Source of the DNA: Chiloscyllium plagiosum
Taxonomy: Eukaryota
NCBI RefSeq assembly: GCF_004010195.1
Contig: NC_057712.1
Location: forward strand, 98,220,813-98,284,812
Direction of reading: 5' to 3'
DNA length: 64,000 nucleotides
In this document: one piece after another, positions 52,236-64,000 of the stretch
Position numbering within the stretch: the first letter of the stretch is position 1
Layout: every line of letters begins with the position of its first letter
Notes under the pieces: model-generated
The model's database searches: none
What the model saw: only the letters and a program-made list of their open reading frames with translations
What the model was told of the DNA's origin: nothing
Program-made: the position numbers and the translations under genes

Positions 52236-53207
52236 TAAGATCATGCTCTTGTGGTGCATTGGTAGTGTCTGTAACTTTGAATCAGGAAATCTGGGTTCAA
52301 GTTCCATCTGCTCCACCTGGATTGGTTATTTAGAGAATATCAAGAATGTAAGAAATAGGTGAGATGTCACACAGCAGCATGACCTGACCTACCATGCAAA
52401 AAGATCACAGCTGATCTCCTATATGATTTAATTAAAGCATAATATTCAGACATTGTAAGTCAATATAGTCCTGCCAGAGAGAGAGAGAGAAAGACACACA
52501 ACTTTAACCTGAAGGTCACCAACCTTCAGGCAAGAGAGGAGGTCAAGAAGGAGAATCCTTCCTGATAACCTGGGCTTGTGTAGGAATAGAACAATGTTAG
52601 ATTTACTCTGCAGGAGACCAACCATCCAGCCAACTGAGCTAACCAATCCCCACATATGTAAGCAGCTATCAAATAGTTATTTGGAGAAATCTGGTTCTGA
52701 ACCCATTTCACGCAGCCTGTTGTTCTACAAGTTAAAACCAGTTTCAATTAAAGTTATGAAGAGAATGTAGTACATGGCTTCCAGTGAGAACAGTAACCAA
52801 ACCTTCTTGACTACAAGTATTGTTAATGAAACGGGTTTGTATGATATGTCATAGTCACTAGAGAAAAGTAATAACCTGTATGTTTAACCAAGTGGGTGAT
52901 TTAATCTGTTTTGCTGTTGGTAGTGCACACCTCTTTGGGTTTTGTGTTGGTTTGTTCTTGTTCTGTTTGGAGTAATAAATTTAGCAAAGTTCAATGTTTG
53001 TTCAGTGCAGATTCTGACAAATATATTTAGAAATGGACCAAAGGGTGTCTCCTTCTCATAGTAAAATCAGAACAAGAGGGATGTGTCATGACCAAAGAAT
53101 TTATTACATGTTACAGCCAAAATAGAGTGGAGGGGACAATGCTATAACAACAAGTCGAACAATATTTTCATCAAAGTAACCTCATAATTTAATTCTTTCT
53201 CTCACAG

Positions 53208-53294
53208 CCCACAACTTCATCAATACACTTGAACTGAAACAGATATCAGGAAATTGTCCTATCACTCAACAAGCAGAAGTCTTCTTCACTGTAG
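53208..53294 (+). other. Candidate 87-nt symmetric exon (HNFINTLELKQISGNCPITQQAEVFFTV), unassigned
   Basis: Strong acceptor TTAATTCTTTCTCTCACAG| and donor TAG|GTAAGA; one open frame (phase 1-1). Confidence 0.35.
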
Positions 53295-54469
53295 GTAAGA
53301 AATAAATTACAGTGTTACCTAAAGGTAAATGTGTTATCCCAACACCATCACATAAAAACAGACTTACAGGATTATAATGATCTCCTTCCCAATATGTAAT
53401 GTTAAAACTAGCTATAATCATTAATGCCTAACATTAATCTTGCGTCTCCGCATCTTAATAAACTCTTGGTCCCAAAGACGTGAATATTGAGCCCTGTTTC
53501 TCTGGCATCTTTTTTCCCTCTTTCAGTAGCCTGTCTTGATCTAGACTTGTTGCTTTGATGACTGCAGCACATATAAAGTCAATGTGTTAAGCTGCAGACA
53601 ATAGAAATTCTGGGCGGAGTTATGAGAGCTGTGGAGATGAGGTTGGGAGCAGGATCTGGAGAGAAATCAGACAGGTCTACAGCAGCTTGCCCTCATCACC
53701 CTCTATCCATGCCACCAGTACACTTTAAGTTATTTTTTGTGTTTCCAAGATGACACCTCACAATCCCCTATCTGCACTGACACTGCCTGACTTTGCAGTG
53801 ATGGTACTGGCTAGCTAGAGCATTAGGAATTCCCCATTTGCCATCCTTAATTCAGCTGGGCTTTCAGATGGACTCCTCTTTATTGCCATTTCTAAGTACA
53901 TCTGTCAGGTGGACGGGACTCACAAATTGTTGGGGTCAGAGCTTTATCTCCAATGGAAGAATATTTTCAAAGTTGGACAGGCTCCACTTGCAGAGAGAGA
54001 AGTTTAATAAATATCTTGTGTCTCTTGCACAGGATGAAACACACCCTGTCTATGAAATGGCTTTCAGGTTCAAACCGATTTATCCACATCATGATGTAAA
54101 ACTCCTATATATAATTGACAAGGAACTGCCTAGTCAATCATTTGGAATTTGAATAAGCAGGAGCAAAAGGTGGAGTAAAATACCAAACCCTCAAGTAGAT
54201 TTCATAATGAGAAGGTACACAAAATTCTTTGAGAATGGCCCCAAGGATAACCTGCTGATATCTATTACTGGAGCAAGGAAATCCATTCTTTAAAATAGAA
54301 CTTTGAAAGTAGAAAAATGAAATGCCATTTTTACCCTCATTCCATGCTGCTTTATCGTTCATTCATTGCTGGCAATGGGAAGGCATAAAATCTCACAGCA
54401 CTGTCGCTGGGTTCAATGTAACAATGCTGAAATTCCTACATTGTGAATGTAGACAAGGGGGAATAGCTA

Positions 54470-54640
54470 GGTGAAAGTGAGGATTGCAGATGTTGGAAAT
54501 TAGAGTCAAGATTAGAGTGGTGCTGGAAATGCACAGCAGGTCAGGCAGGATCCGAGGAACAATAAAATTGACGTTTCAGGCAGGAGCCCTTCATCAGGAA
54601 TGAGACTGGAAGCCTTGGGGGTAGAGACATAAAAGGGGGA
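54470..54640 (-). mobile_element. PLE terminal-repeat fragment with an intact hammerhead core (54567-54601)
   Basis: Minus strand AUUC-CUGAUGA-A-GGGC-UCCU-GCCU-GAAA-CG-UC. Confidence 0.75.
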
Positions 54641-54996
54641 ATAGCTAATAAAGTAAAACTTAGGAGAAACAATTACAACTGTGTGACGTATAGATGGAAC
54701 ATATAAAGCAAGGGAAATTATATTGGCTGTCTGCTGTATACAATACCCAATATTTAGTTGCAATAGAGTGGTCAGTGCTGGTTCAGTGGCTGTGAATTGC
54801 CTCAGTGGCTCAGCTATCCATCTATGACAGATAATGCCCATGCACTTCTGGTTGCACCTTTGCTGCTGGCTGAAGGGGCCAATCCATGAGAGATGGGTTC
54901 TTCCATAAGGACCTCATAGGAAGCTACCAAGTGTCCTTTTGGCTTCTGAAGGGTAGTCTCTAGTTTTGATACATTAACTCTTTTTCTTTGCCCTCT

Positions 54997-55660
54997 GAGT
55001 CATAGAGCCATAGAGATGTACAGCATGGAAACAGACCATTCAGTCCAACTTGTCCATACATCCATATAACTGATCAGATATCCCAACCTAATCTAGTCCC
55101 ATTTGCCAGCACTTGGCCTATATCCTTCTAAACCCTTCCTATTCATACACCCATCCAGATCCCTTTCAAATGTTGTAATTGTACCAGCCTCACTTCCTTT
55201 GGCAGCTCATTCCATACATGCACGACCCTCTGTGTGAAAAAGTTGCCCCTTAAGTCCCTTTTATATCTTTCCCCTCTCACCCTAAACCTATGCCCTCTAG
55301 TTCTGAACTCCCTCACCCCGGGAAAAAATCCCTTGTCTATTTACCCTATCCCTGCCCCTTATGATTTTATAAATCTCTATAAGGTCATCCCTCAGCCTCC
55401 GACACTTCAGGGAAAACAGCCCCAGCCTATTCAGCCTCTCCCTGTAACTCAAACCCTCCAACCCTGGTAACATCCTTGTAAATCTTTTCTGAACTCTTTC
55501 AAGTTTCACAACATTCTTCCAATAGGAAGAATACCAGAATTGCATGCTCTATTCCAAACGTGGCCTAACCAATGTTCTGTACAGCTGCAACATGACCTCC
55601 CACTCATGTACTCAATTCTCTGAGCAATAAAGGAAAGCATACCAAATGCCTTCTTCAATA
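54997..55660 (-). mobile_element. CR1 LINE 3' end
   Basis: KLERVQKRFTRMLPGLEGLSYRERLNRLGLFSL. Confidence 0.92.
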
Positions 55661-57454
55661 TCTGATACTGCTAGACCTGCTGAGCTTCTCCAGCACTTTC
55701 TGCTTTTGAGTCCTTCTGGGTTGTCATTTTCTATGTTGGAATTTGTTGCCAACCTGCTGTTGCCTCTGGAAGAATTTGTTTTATTCAGTTAAATGAATGC
55801 AATGTATCTATTCCCTAAAGAAGATAGTGGCATGAATATTGCAGTGGTATATTTTATTGTTCTTTTTATTTCTTAAATGGACATGACAGGATGTTTTAAC
55901 AGTAATGTCATGCATATTCCTTAGCTTAGAGTTTCCACTTGGTTCCTTTGATTTTGTTTGTAACGTAATCCTCTTGATATTGAGGAATTTTGAGTACATA
56001 TTGCAAGCAGAGCAATTCAAGCTTCTGTGATTATTTGCACTAATCTTAAAAACATCTCCCTAGAAGCAGATCCAAGTATAAAATTGTTGACACCCCTGCT
56101 AGGAAGGAATAATCATTGCTGAGAATTTCAACTAAATATCCTTGATTGTGGAACTTTGAGGACAGTCCATCTATTTAGCTCAAACGTTTCATTGCAAGGA
56201 CATGAAAAGATATGCATTGAATGGGTTTGGATGTTTTTCCCTTCACTTACTAAATGTGTCACTGCTGTAACCCATTACTGCATTGAACCGGAAAATAGTT
56301 TTACATTCCTTAAAAGTTCCTCTCAGCACTTTAGAATCATGAGACTCACAGGTGGTGGGTGAGCATCGAGAATGTGACCAATCTCTTTTCAGATATTTCC
56401 ACTGTGTTTCCAAATTCCCATTCATTATGGAGAAGAGTATTTTTTAAAAAGTAAACCTATTTTTCAAGAAAAGGCTTTCAAATAATGCCCAATTAAATTA
56501 GCCCATGGCAAATTTTGCAAGTTTGAGTGAAACTTGAGAAAAATAACCACTTTTCAAAATGGATGCAATTTTCAGCTGATGGTACTGATAGCAACGTGTT
56601 GGCATTTACTTCAGAAAATATGGATCAGGATATTAAACAGACACCACAGCCCATTTTCCCTCTGTGACCCCATTCAAGGCTTGAAAGTTGGCCAGAGCTT
56701 CTTTGGAGGTTGTGACGTCATAATTTCAGCTTGCAAGCCTACTTGAGATCCAGACTCCTGCTTTGGAAGCCTTGTCATAGCTTTCTCAGCTCCCATTATG
56801 CTGACAGCTGGAACATAAAGACAAGGATAAAAAGCCAACTGTATTTTGACCATTGCCAAGACATAATCAATTAGCGAATATGTTTCTGGGGTTTTGGTGA
56901 TGATAGCATTTCAAACTTGGGATGGAAATTCAACACTGGAGCAGGAAGGGTGAGCTTCACTGATCTGTCCCTCTGCTATTATGAGAAAAGGAAGAGTCTT
57001 TTTTTTCTGTGTTGTAAGTCATCAGAATTCCCTTCCTCAAAGACTGTAGCTACAGAATCTTTCATTATTTGTAAGGCAGAGATAGACAGATTCTTGATTA
57101 AAAAGGATAAAGTAGCCATAGTCCCATCAGAGTGCTCTTTCATTAGAGAGCACTCATACTTCATTTGAGGGGAGAGATTGCGAATGTAGGTACCTTCAAG
57201 TTGATCGCAGCTAGTGTAGGAATTGAACCTGTGCTGTTGAAGTCTTTTTCACAAACCAACTGTCTAGCCAACTGAGCAAACCATCCTTCCAGGTTTTTTT
57301 GATTACAATGGTGATAAAAAATGTTCAGAGCCATGCAGGAATATAGGGTTGAGATTAAGATCAGATTAGTTGTGAATGGCAAAGTTGCTTATCCTTGTTT
57401 ATATGATGGTTTGTAATAAAAACAAAACACACAGGAAATGTTCAAAGGTAATTG

Positions 57455-58522
57455 CGGTCATGTTGTAGATTCATACAGCATAGAAACAAATACTTTGGCC
57501 TAACTTGTCCAGGCCGACCACATTTCCAAACTAAACTAGCCCCATTTAGATTGGATTCCCTACAATATGGAACAGGCCCTTCAATATGGAACGAGTCCAT
57601 ACTAACCCTCCCAGACCCATTCCCCATGCACCTAATACTATGAGCAATTTAGTTTAGCCAACTCACCTGACCTGCACATTTTTAGATTGTGGGAGAAAAC
57701 ACATACAGACAATGTGCAACCTCCACACAGTCAGTTGCCCAAGGCAGATATTAAACCTGGATCCCTAGTACTGCGAGGCAACAGTGCTGATCACTGAGCC
57801 ACCATGCTACCCTTTGGCCCGTATCCCTCTAAACCTTTTCTATTTGTGTACCTGTCCAAATGTCTTTATAAATATTGTAACTGCACCTGCATTCACCACT
57901 TCCTCTGGCTGTTCATTCCACATACAAATCACCTTCTGTGTGAAAACGTTTCCCTCAGGTGCCTTTTAAACCTTTCTCCTCTTACCTTAATAATTATATT
58001 CTTTAGTTTTGAATTCTCCAATCCTCAGGAAAAGAGTCAACAGTGTGGTTCTGGAAAGGCACATCAGGTCAGGCAACATCCTAGGAGCAGGAAAGTCAAC
58101 ATTTCAGGAAAAAGCCCTTCATCAGGAATCCTAGGGAAAAGACCATAGCCATTCATCTTATCTATGCCCCTCATTATTTTATAAACCTCTTTTAGGTTAC
58201 CTCTCAACCTCCTATGCTCCAGTGAAATAAGTCTCAGCTTATCCAGCCACTCCTTCTAACTCAAACCCTCCAGTCCTGGTAACATCCTTATAAATCTTTT
58301 CTGAACCCTCTCCAATTTAATAATATCCTTCCTATAGCAGGGTTACAAGAACTGTACATAATATTCCAAAAATGTCCTCATCAACCTTCTGTACAACCAC
58401 AACATGACGTCCAACCCCTACACTCAATGGTCTGAGCAATGAAGCCAAATGCCTTCTCTACCCAGTCTACCTGTGACACCACTTTCAATAAACTATGGAC
58501 TGGCATCCTTAGGTTTCTCTGT
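57455..58522 (-). mobile_element. CR1 3' end with a nested HE1-type SINE (~57546-57807) and a PLE terminal fragment (~58030-58130)
   Basis: Recognisable tails and heads; hammerhead-like core on the minus strand at ~58093-58130. Confidence 0.8.
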
Positions 58523-58621
58523 TATGTAACACTCAACTTCTTCCCTCTCCAAAGATGCTGCCTGCCATCCTGAATATTTCCATTGTGTTTTGTTTTCATT
58601 TCCATTGTGTTTGGCTCTTGC

Positions 58622-58912
58622 TTGGGGTGGCATGGTGGCTCAGTGGTTAACACTGCTACTTCAGAGCACAAGAGACCTAGGTTCAAATCCTGCCTTGGGC
58701 AGCTATCTGTGTGGAATTTGCACATTCTCCCCATATCTGTGTGGGTTTCCTCCCACAGTCCAAAGATGTGTGGGTCAGGTGAATTGGCCATGCTAAATTG
58801 CCCATAGTGTTAGGTGGCTTAGTCAGGGTAAATATAGGGGTCTGGGTGAGTTGGTGTGGACTTGTTGGGCTGAAGGGCCTGTTTCCATACTGTAGGGAAT
58901 CTAATCTAATTT
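58622..58912 (+). mobile_element. HE1-type SINE
   Basis: tRNA-like head and (ATCTA)n tail. Confidence 0.9.
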
Positions 58913-59873
58913 TAGATTTCTACCATCTGTTGTATTTCATTTTGTTTTGATGGGAAGGCTTGGGTGATGTTGTGGGTGATTGTGGTAGTGATTGGACTCA
59001 GCCCTCTAGTCTATACTGAGGAGCAAACTGTCTCAGCTGTAATTGTTTTGCAATAGCTGAGATATTATTAGACATACAAAGTTTCACTCTAATTCATAGG
59101 CCACTTAAAACACACCCATTGTTCCTATTCTACCACTGATGACCAACCACAGAAAATGTGTGGTTCCCTCACAATGTGCCTCCCATCTGACCTGTTAGTT
59201 TGCCCTATCTACCCCTATAGTCTTTGGAGTTCGCTTTACTCTTGATCCTTGGATGATCTTTTACAGATAATGGCTGGGATGAGCCTGCCAAATGAATTGA
59301 AAAACAAATGCTTAGGGATAAATGAAGTGGGTGTAGTGGATGTGGGGGCGATTGCTTCTTGTGTCTATGTTCTAGAACATTCTCCATCCCAACAAAGACT
59401 TTTCCTTTTATCCCTAGCTCATGGATACCTGGTGCTGGAACGCAGGTACAAAATGTGGGAGGTTGAGTACTCCCCCTGCTACCCTTCCTTGAACAGTCCA
59501 CATCATCACCCCAGAAAAAAAACACAGTAATTATCACTAAACCAGACAGGAGCCAAACTAAAATTTTAATTTATTAATTGAACATAAATGCAAAGTAAAT
59601 GCAAGTCTGAACAAGAAAACAAATTATCAAGTGAAATGCTGTACAAATCCACACTGAACAATTATACATCATAAACAAATGCTTATGAGTTGAACTCAGT
59701 CAAGTTACTGACAGATTGTGGTTGCTGAGGAGCCTGGAGTGTTGATGCCAATAACAATTGTTGTATAATTAATGAGGTCTTGAAAATTGACAAACTCAAC
59801 AGTACGAGTGTTGACAGAATGAGGCAGGTGTTAGATGGAAAATGAACAGCTGAATGTGTTGTTGATTATGAAG

Positions 59874-59957
59874 GTGTTTGTTCTGCTTGGACCTAAAGGC
59901 AAGGCAAAATCATACCATGAAATTGGGAAAGAAATCGCCACACTCATGTCTGATGAG
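59874..59957 (+). pseudogene. Orphan exon of an SLC4A4/SLC4A5-type sodium-bicarbonate cotransporter (cytoplasmic domain)
   Basis: [28 protein letters not shown] versus NBCe1 [28 protein letters not shown]; donor GAG|GTGACT where homology ends; expected RF residues and a good acceptor are absent; no other SLC4 exon found in the window. Confidence 0.8.
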
Positions 59958-60229
59958 GTGACTGTTATGGACATGTTGTCTATCTATGATGCCAAAACAT
60001 GTCCCTGGGAGCTGTGCCTTAATAGAGTGTGTAACAAAGATCCATTGGACTTGCTCCTAGATGGTCTGATGAGGAAGGATTGGTTAGAATAAGGAGATTG
60101 AGATGAGTGAGTTTGAGTGATGTTACTGAGGTGGAATTAGACAATATCATCGAGGTCGCAAACATGAGGGTGGGAGTTCATCTTGGGAGCAAATGTATCA
60201 CTGGGGTGGGAACAGACTGTCTTAATCTC

Positions 60230-60356
60230 TGATGAAGGGCTTTTGCCCGAAATGTCGATTTTCCTACTCCTCAGATGTTGCCTGACCTGCTGTGCTTTTC
60301 CAGCACCACTCTAATCTAGACTCTGACCTCCAGTATCTGTAGTCCTCACTTTTGCC
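60230..60356 (+). mobile_element. Short PLE terminal-repeat insertion starting at the hammerhead core
   Basis: 13-bp TSD CTGTCTTAATCTC at 60217-60229 and 60357-60369; CUGAUGA-A-GGGC-UUUU-GCCC-GAAA-UG-UC. Confidence 0.85.
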
Positions 60357-60719
60357 CTGTCTTAATCTCAAATTGTTCAAAGATTCATGGTCAATGAAGT
60401 GTTGATATATCACAATGATGAGAAAGGCACAGCATAAATATAAAACCTCTTTATTTGAAGACTTTCAGGCTTTGGAGAAACAGCAGCCATGATGAACTCT
60501 GTCATAATTAGAATCTAAATCTTTCCATCTCTGGAGCGCTGGAGGCAGGCGTGTGACCAAAGATGAGGGTCAGATTCTCAAACAGTCCCAGTGCATTGAC
60601 CTCCATGGGGAATGTCCAGGTACTTGCAACTCCCAATTCTGGTTTATTTAGCTGAAGTTGGAATGTGTGGTACTGGAGGAGTGTGGAGATTTTGGATGTT
60701 GGAAACACAGGGCCCCTTG

Positions 60720-61270
60720 AGTATATGAATAGGAAGAGTTTGGAGGGATATGGGCTGGGTGCTGGCAGGCAGGACTAGATTGGTTTGGGATATCTGGTCA
60801 ACATGGATGGGTTGGACCGAAGGGTGTGTCTCCATGCTGTACATCTCTATAACTCTATGACTCTGTCTGCAACTTTGAGTCAGAGATTGCAGGCAGATCT
60901 GACTAATGTTCCTGAATTGATATCCAGGAACCATTAGATCAAATTTAGGGTGACACAGTAGCTCAATGGTTAGCACTGCTGCCCTCACAGTGCCAGAGAC
61001 CAAGGCTCGATTCCACCACTGGGTGACTGCCTGTTTGGAGTTTGCACATTCTGCCCATGTCTGTGTGGGTTTCCGCCCACAGTCCAAAGATATGCAGGTT
61101 AGGTGAATTAGCTGTGCTAACTTGCCCATAGTGTTCAGGGATGTGTAGGTTAGGTGCATTAGTCAGGGGTAAATGCAGAGTAATAGGATAAGGGAATGGG
61201 TCTGGGTGGGTTACTCTTCAGAGGGTCGGTGTGGACATGTTAGGCTAAATGGCTTGTTTCACAGGAATTC
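60720..61270 (+). mobile_element. CR1 tail (60720-60862) followed by an HE1-type SINE (60947-61270)
   Basis: Matches other copies in the window. Confidence 0.85.
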
Positions 61271-61893
61271 CTTTGTTGCAATGAGGTGATTTACACAAAA
61301 TTTGGCAATTCTGACATTGGTTACAAAATTGCATGTTTAATATTCCATTGTCCAATGTTTATATTAAATATTCATCGTAGGGAAACATGAAATTTGTCTC
61401 TGATTTGATTTTGGATGGTATTAATTAAATTTATGAAAAGAGAACACAATGAAATTGAATGGTGTATTTGCTAAAGATTGCTGCAGACTTCATATCTGTC
61501 AACAAAATTTGCACTGAATTAAAATTCGATTGTCAAAACCAGTTTTTTCTATTTACAGTGTTAGTAGATCTGTCAATAGAGAGTCATTTTGATTCAAATG
61601 CATAACAATATTCCCCTGTGAAATTAAGTAAATCGATATGATATTTTAAATTACAAAAAAATCCTATGTTAGACTAATTCAAAAATATTCTTGCATTTTG
61701 GATTGGAACTCTCAATTAAACCATTCCATACATTGATTGACTTTAATTTAAAATGTAGGATCTACAATAATAAAGTTTGTATCATATAAAAGAAACAAAT
61801 CATTGATCATGTACGCATTTCTACTGGAATTATCATACACTCAGTACCTCATATAATGAGACAATGCATATTATACAATTCCTAATCTGACAA

Positions 61894-62089
61894 GGTTAAA
61901 TATCACACAACACCAGGTTATAGTCCAACAGGTTTAATTGGAAGCAATAGCTTTCGGAGCAACGCTCCTTCATCAGGTGCTTGTGCTCTGAAAGCTAGTG
62001 ATTCCAATTAAACCTGTTGGACTATAACCTGGTGTTATTTGATTTTTTAACTTTGTACACTCCATTCAAACTCTGGCATCTCCAAATCA
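61894..62089. mobile_element. Fold-back PLE-derived element with a hammerhead motif (minus, ~61942-61982)
   Basis: 11-bp TSD TAATCTGACAA at 61883-61893 and 62090-62100; AAGCAC-CUGAUGA-A-GGAGC-GUU-GCUCC-GAAA-GC-UA/UUGCUU. Confidence 0.85.
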
Positions 62090-62997
62090 TAATCTGACAA
62101 AATGTATTTGCAACTGGACAGGCATCCAGGTGTCGGCATTCTAGGTTGTGCTAGTTAGAGATGTGAACTATAATTGATGTGAACCCCTAGCACATTTGTC
62201 AACTACATCATTATGTCAAAACAAAATTAAAGAAAATATTCCTTTGCAGCATAAAATGAAGGTACAGACTTGATGGGTCGAAGGGCCTCCCTATACTGTA
62301 TGGTTCTATAAATGATTTGACATGTCTTCTATCTAATTAAAAGGAGTCTGTGCAATTCCATCGTTCACTTAATAGTTGATGCAGATGAAAATCATCTATT
62401 ATATGACAGCTAAAGTGCTTCCAGAACAAATATGGTTTCCTGAATAATTCCTGGAATTTTTTTTGAAGACGAAAGGTCTCTGCTACCTTGGCTTCCAGAA
62501 ATGTCCTGATGTGATTTATTTGGGGAACACAGAGAGAGAGCAACAACATACCCGTTCAGTTGCTGATTCGTTCTCCATTTTGGATCTCTCTTGAGCCTTT
62601 AGTGACTCTAACGGTCTCGACACATCTTGCATCTTATGCTGCACTATACCACTTGTAAAGAACAAGATGCCTCACACTTAAGCAAACATCCTATTTCCTG
62701 CACCACCATTCACACAGTGTTTTTCCACACCCAATTTGTCACAGCAGCACTAGGGGATATCTCAGCTGCTGCTGTCTTTCAGGCTAAGGCAAAGCAGAAG
62801 AACCTAATTGAGAGGGGATAGAACTTTTAAAGATAAATAAAGATCAATAAAATGTGACTATTGGCACAAATGAATTAAATTGTGTATTCACTGTATCTCA
62901 TTAGAATCTGGCCCATAACAATATACCCGCATCTAATACTAGGAGCATCTGAGTCACGGTAGAGCTTCTATTTGAATTGCTGTGACAAAATTGAAAG

Positions 62998-63737
62998 CCA
63001 TAGAATCATAGAGATGTAAAGCACAGAAACAGACCCTTCAGTCCAACTTGTCCATGCTGACCAGATATCCTAAATTAATCTAGCCCCATTTGCCCATTAC
63101 TCATCCAGATGCTTTTTAAATGCTGTAATTGTACTCGCCTCCACCACTTCTTCTGGCAGCTCATTCCCTGCACACCCCACCCTTTGTGCGAAAAAGTTGC
63201 CCCTTAGGTCCCTTTTAAATCTTTCCCCTCTCACTGTTAATGTATGCCCTCTAGTTCTGGACTCCCCAACTGTAGGAAAAATACCTCGTGTATTTGCCCT
63301 ATCCATTCCCCTCTTGATTTTATAAACCTCTATAAGGTCACCCCTCAGTCTCTGATCCGCCGGGGAAAATAGACTCAGCCTATAGTCTCTCACTATAGCT
63401 CAAATCCTCCAACCCTGACAACATCTTTGTAATTCGTTTCTGAACCCTTTGAAGTTTCACAACATCCTTCCTATATCAGGGAGACCAGAATTGCACACAA
63501 TATTCCACAAGTAGCTGTAATTAATGTCCCGCACAGCTGGAACTTGACCTCCCAATCTTATACTCAATGCACTGATCAATAAAGACAAGTTTACCACATA
63601 CCTTCTTCACTATCTTATCTACCTGCTACTCTACTTTCAAGGACCTATCGACCTGCACTCCAAGGTCTCTTTGTTCAGCAACACTCCCTAAGACCTTCCC
63701 ATTAAGTGTATTGTTCATGCCTAGATTTGCCTTACCA
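62998..63737 (-). mobile_element. CR1 LINE 3' end
   Basis: RLRGDLIEVYKI..GMDR..RGERFKRDLRGNFF. Confidence 0.92.
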
Positions 63738-64000
63738 AGCTTTCAAAGCCCTTCTTTTTGGCATCTTCATTGTGTCAAATTGAATGTCTCCAGTTTTGTC
63801 CAAAGTTCACAGTTTAACTGAGGGGCAGCAGGAAACCAAGTGACATACATGTAACTTGAATTTAAACAAACAATGCAGAAAGACATCAGATTGATGCCTA
63901 ATCCTCTACAAATGCCGCAATCTTAATCTCAGGTTCCCAAACCTGTTTATTCCATGCAGCCATGGACTGGATTTAGACCAGTGGTGAAGAGGTCCATACC

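Noticed and set aside
56713-56720. Perfect CRE palindrome TGACGTCA
   Set aside because: One 8-mer is about what chance predicts in 64 kb
59249-59530. ORF with ELKNK resembling the SLC4 LKNKFMKK exon
   Set aside because: Similarity stops after four residues; the DNA looks like an antisense CR1 remnant

Overview
Vertebrate nuclear DNA, almost certainly from a cartilaginous fish: it carries many HE1-type V-SINEs and CR1/HER1-type LINE tails typical of sharks. The window is dominated by decayed retroelements: CR1 LINEs (one nearly full length at ~32.2-36.4 kb), Penelope-like elements (PLEs), SINEs and a Gypsy gag-protease relic. It also holds one TIR-bounded DNA element, a ~36-bp minisatellite, two local duplications and three assembly gaps. 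Host-gene signal is sparse. Two phase-compatible minus-strand coding exons (2784-2890, 1597-1691) resemble the N-terminal part of C6orf163. One orphan SLC4A4/SLC4A5-type bicarbonate-transporter exon (59874-59957) lacks its normal 5' end. There is also a degraded coiled-coil coding relic and several unassigned exon-like segments. The most notable structure is a set of minimal type-I hammerhead-ribozyme motifs from at least three PLE-derived families. Stem I covaries between families, and many motifs sit in short insertions, often fold-back, flanked by 11-17 bp target-site duplications. Family names come from visual recognition and memory; no database search was run, and repeat boundaries are approximate.
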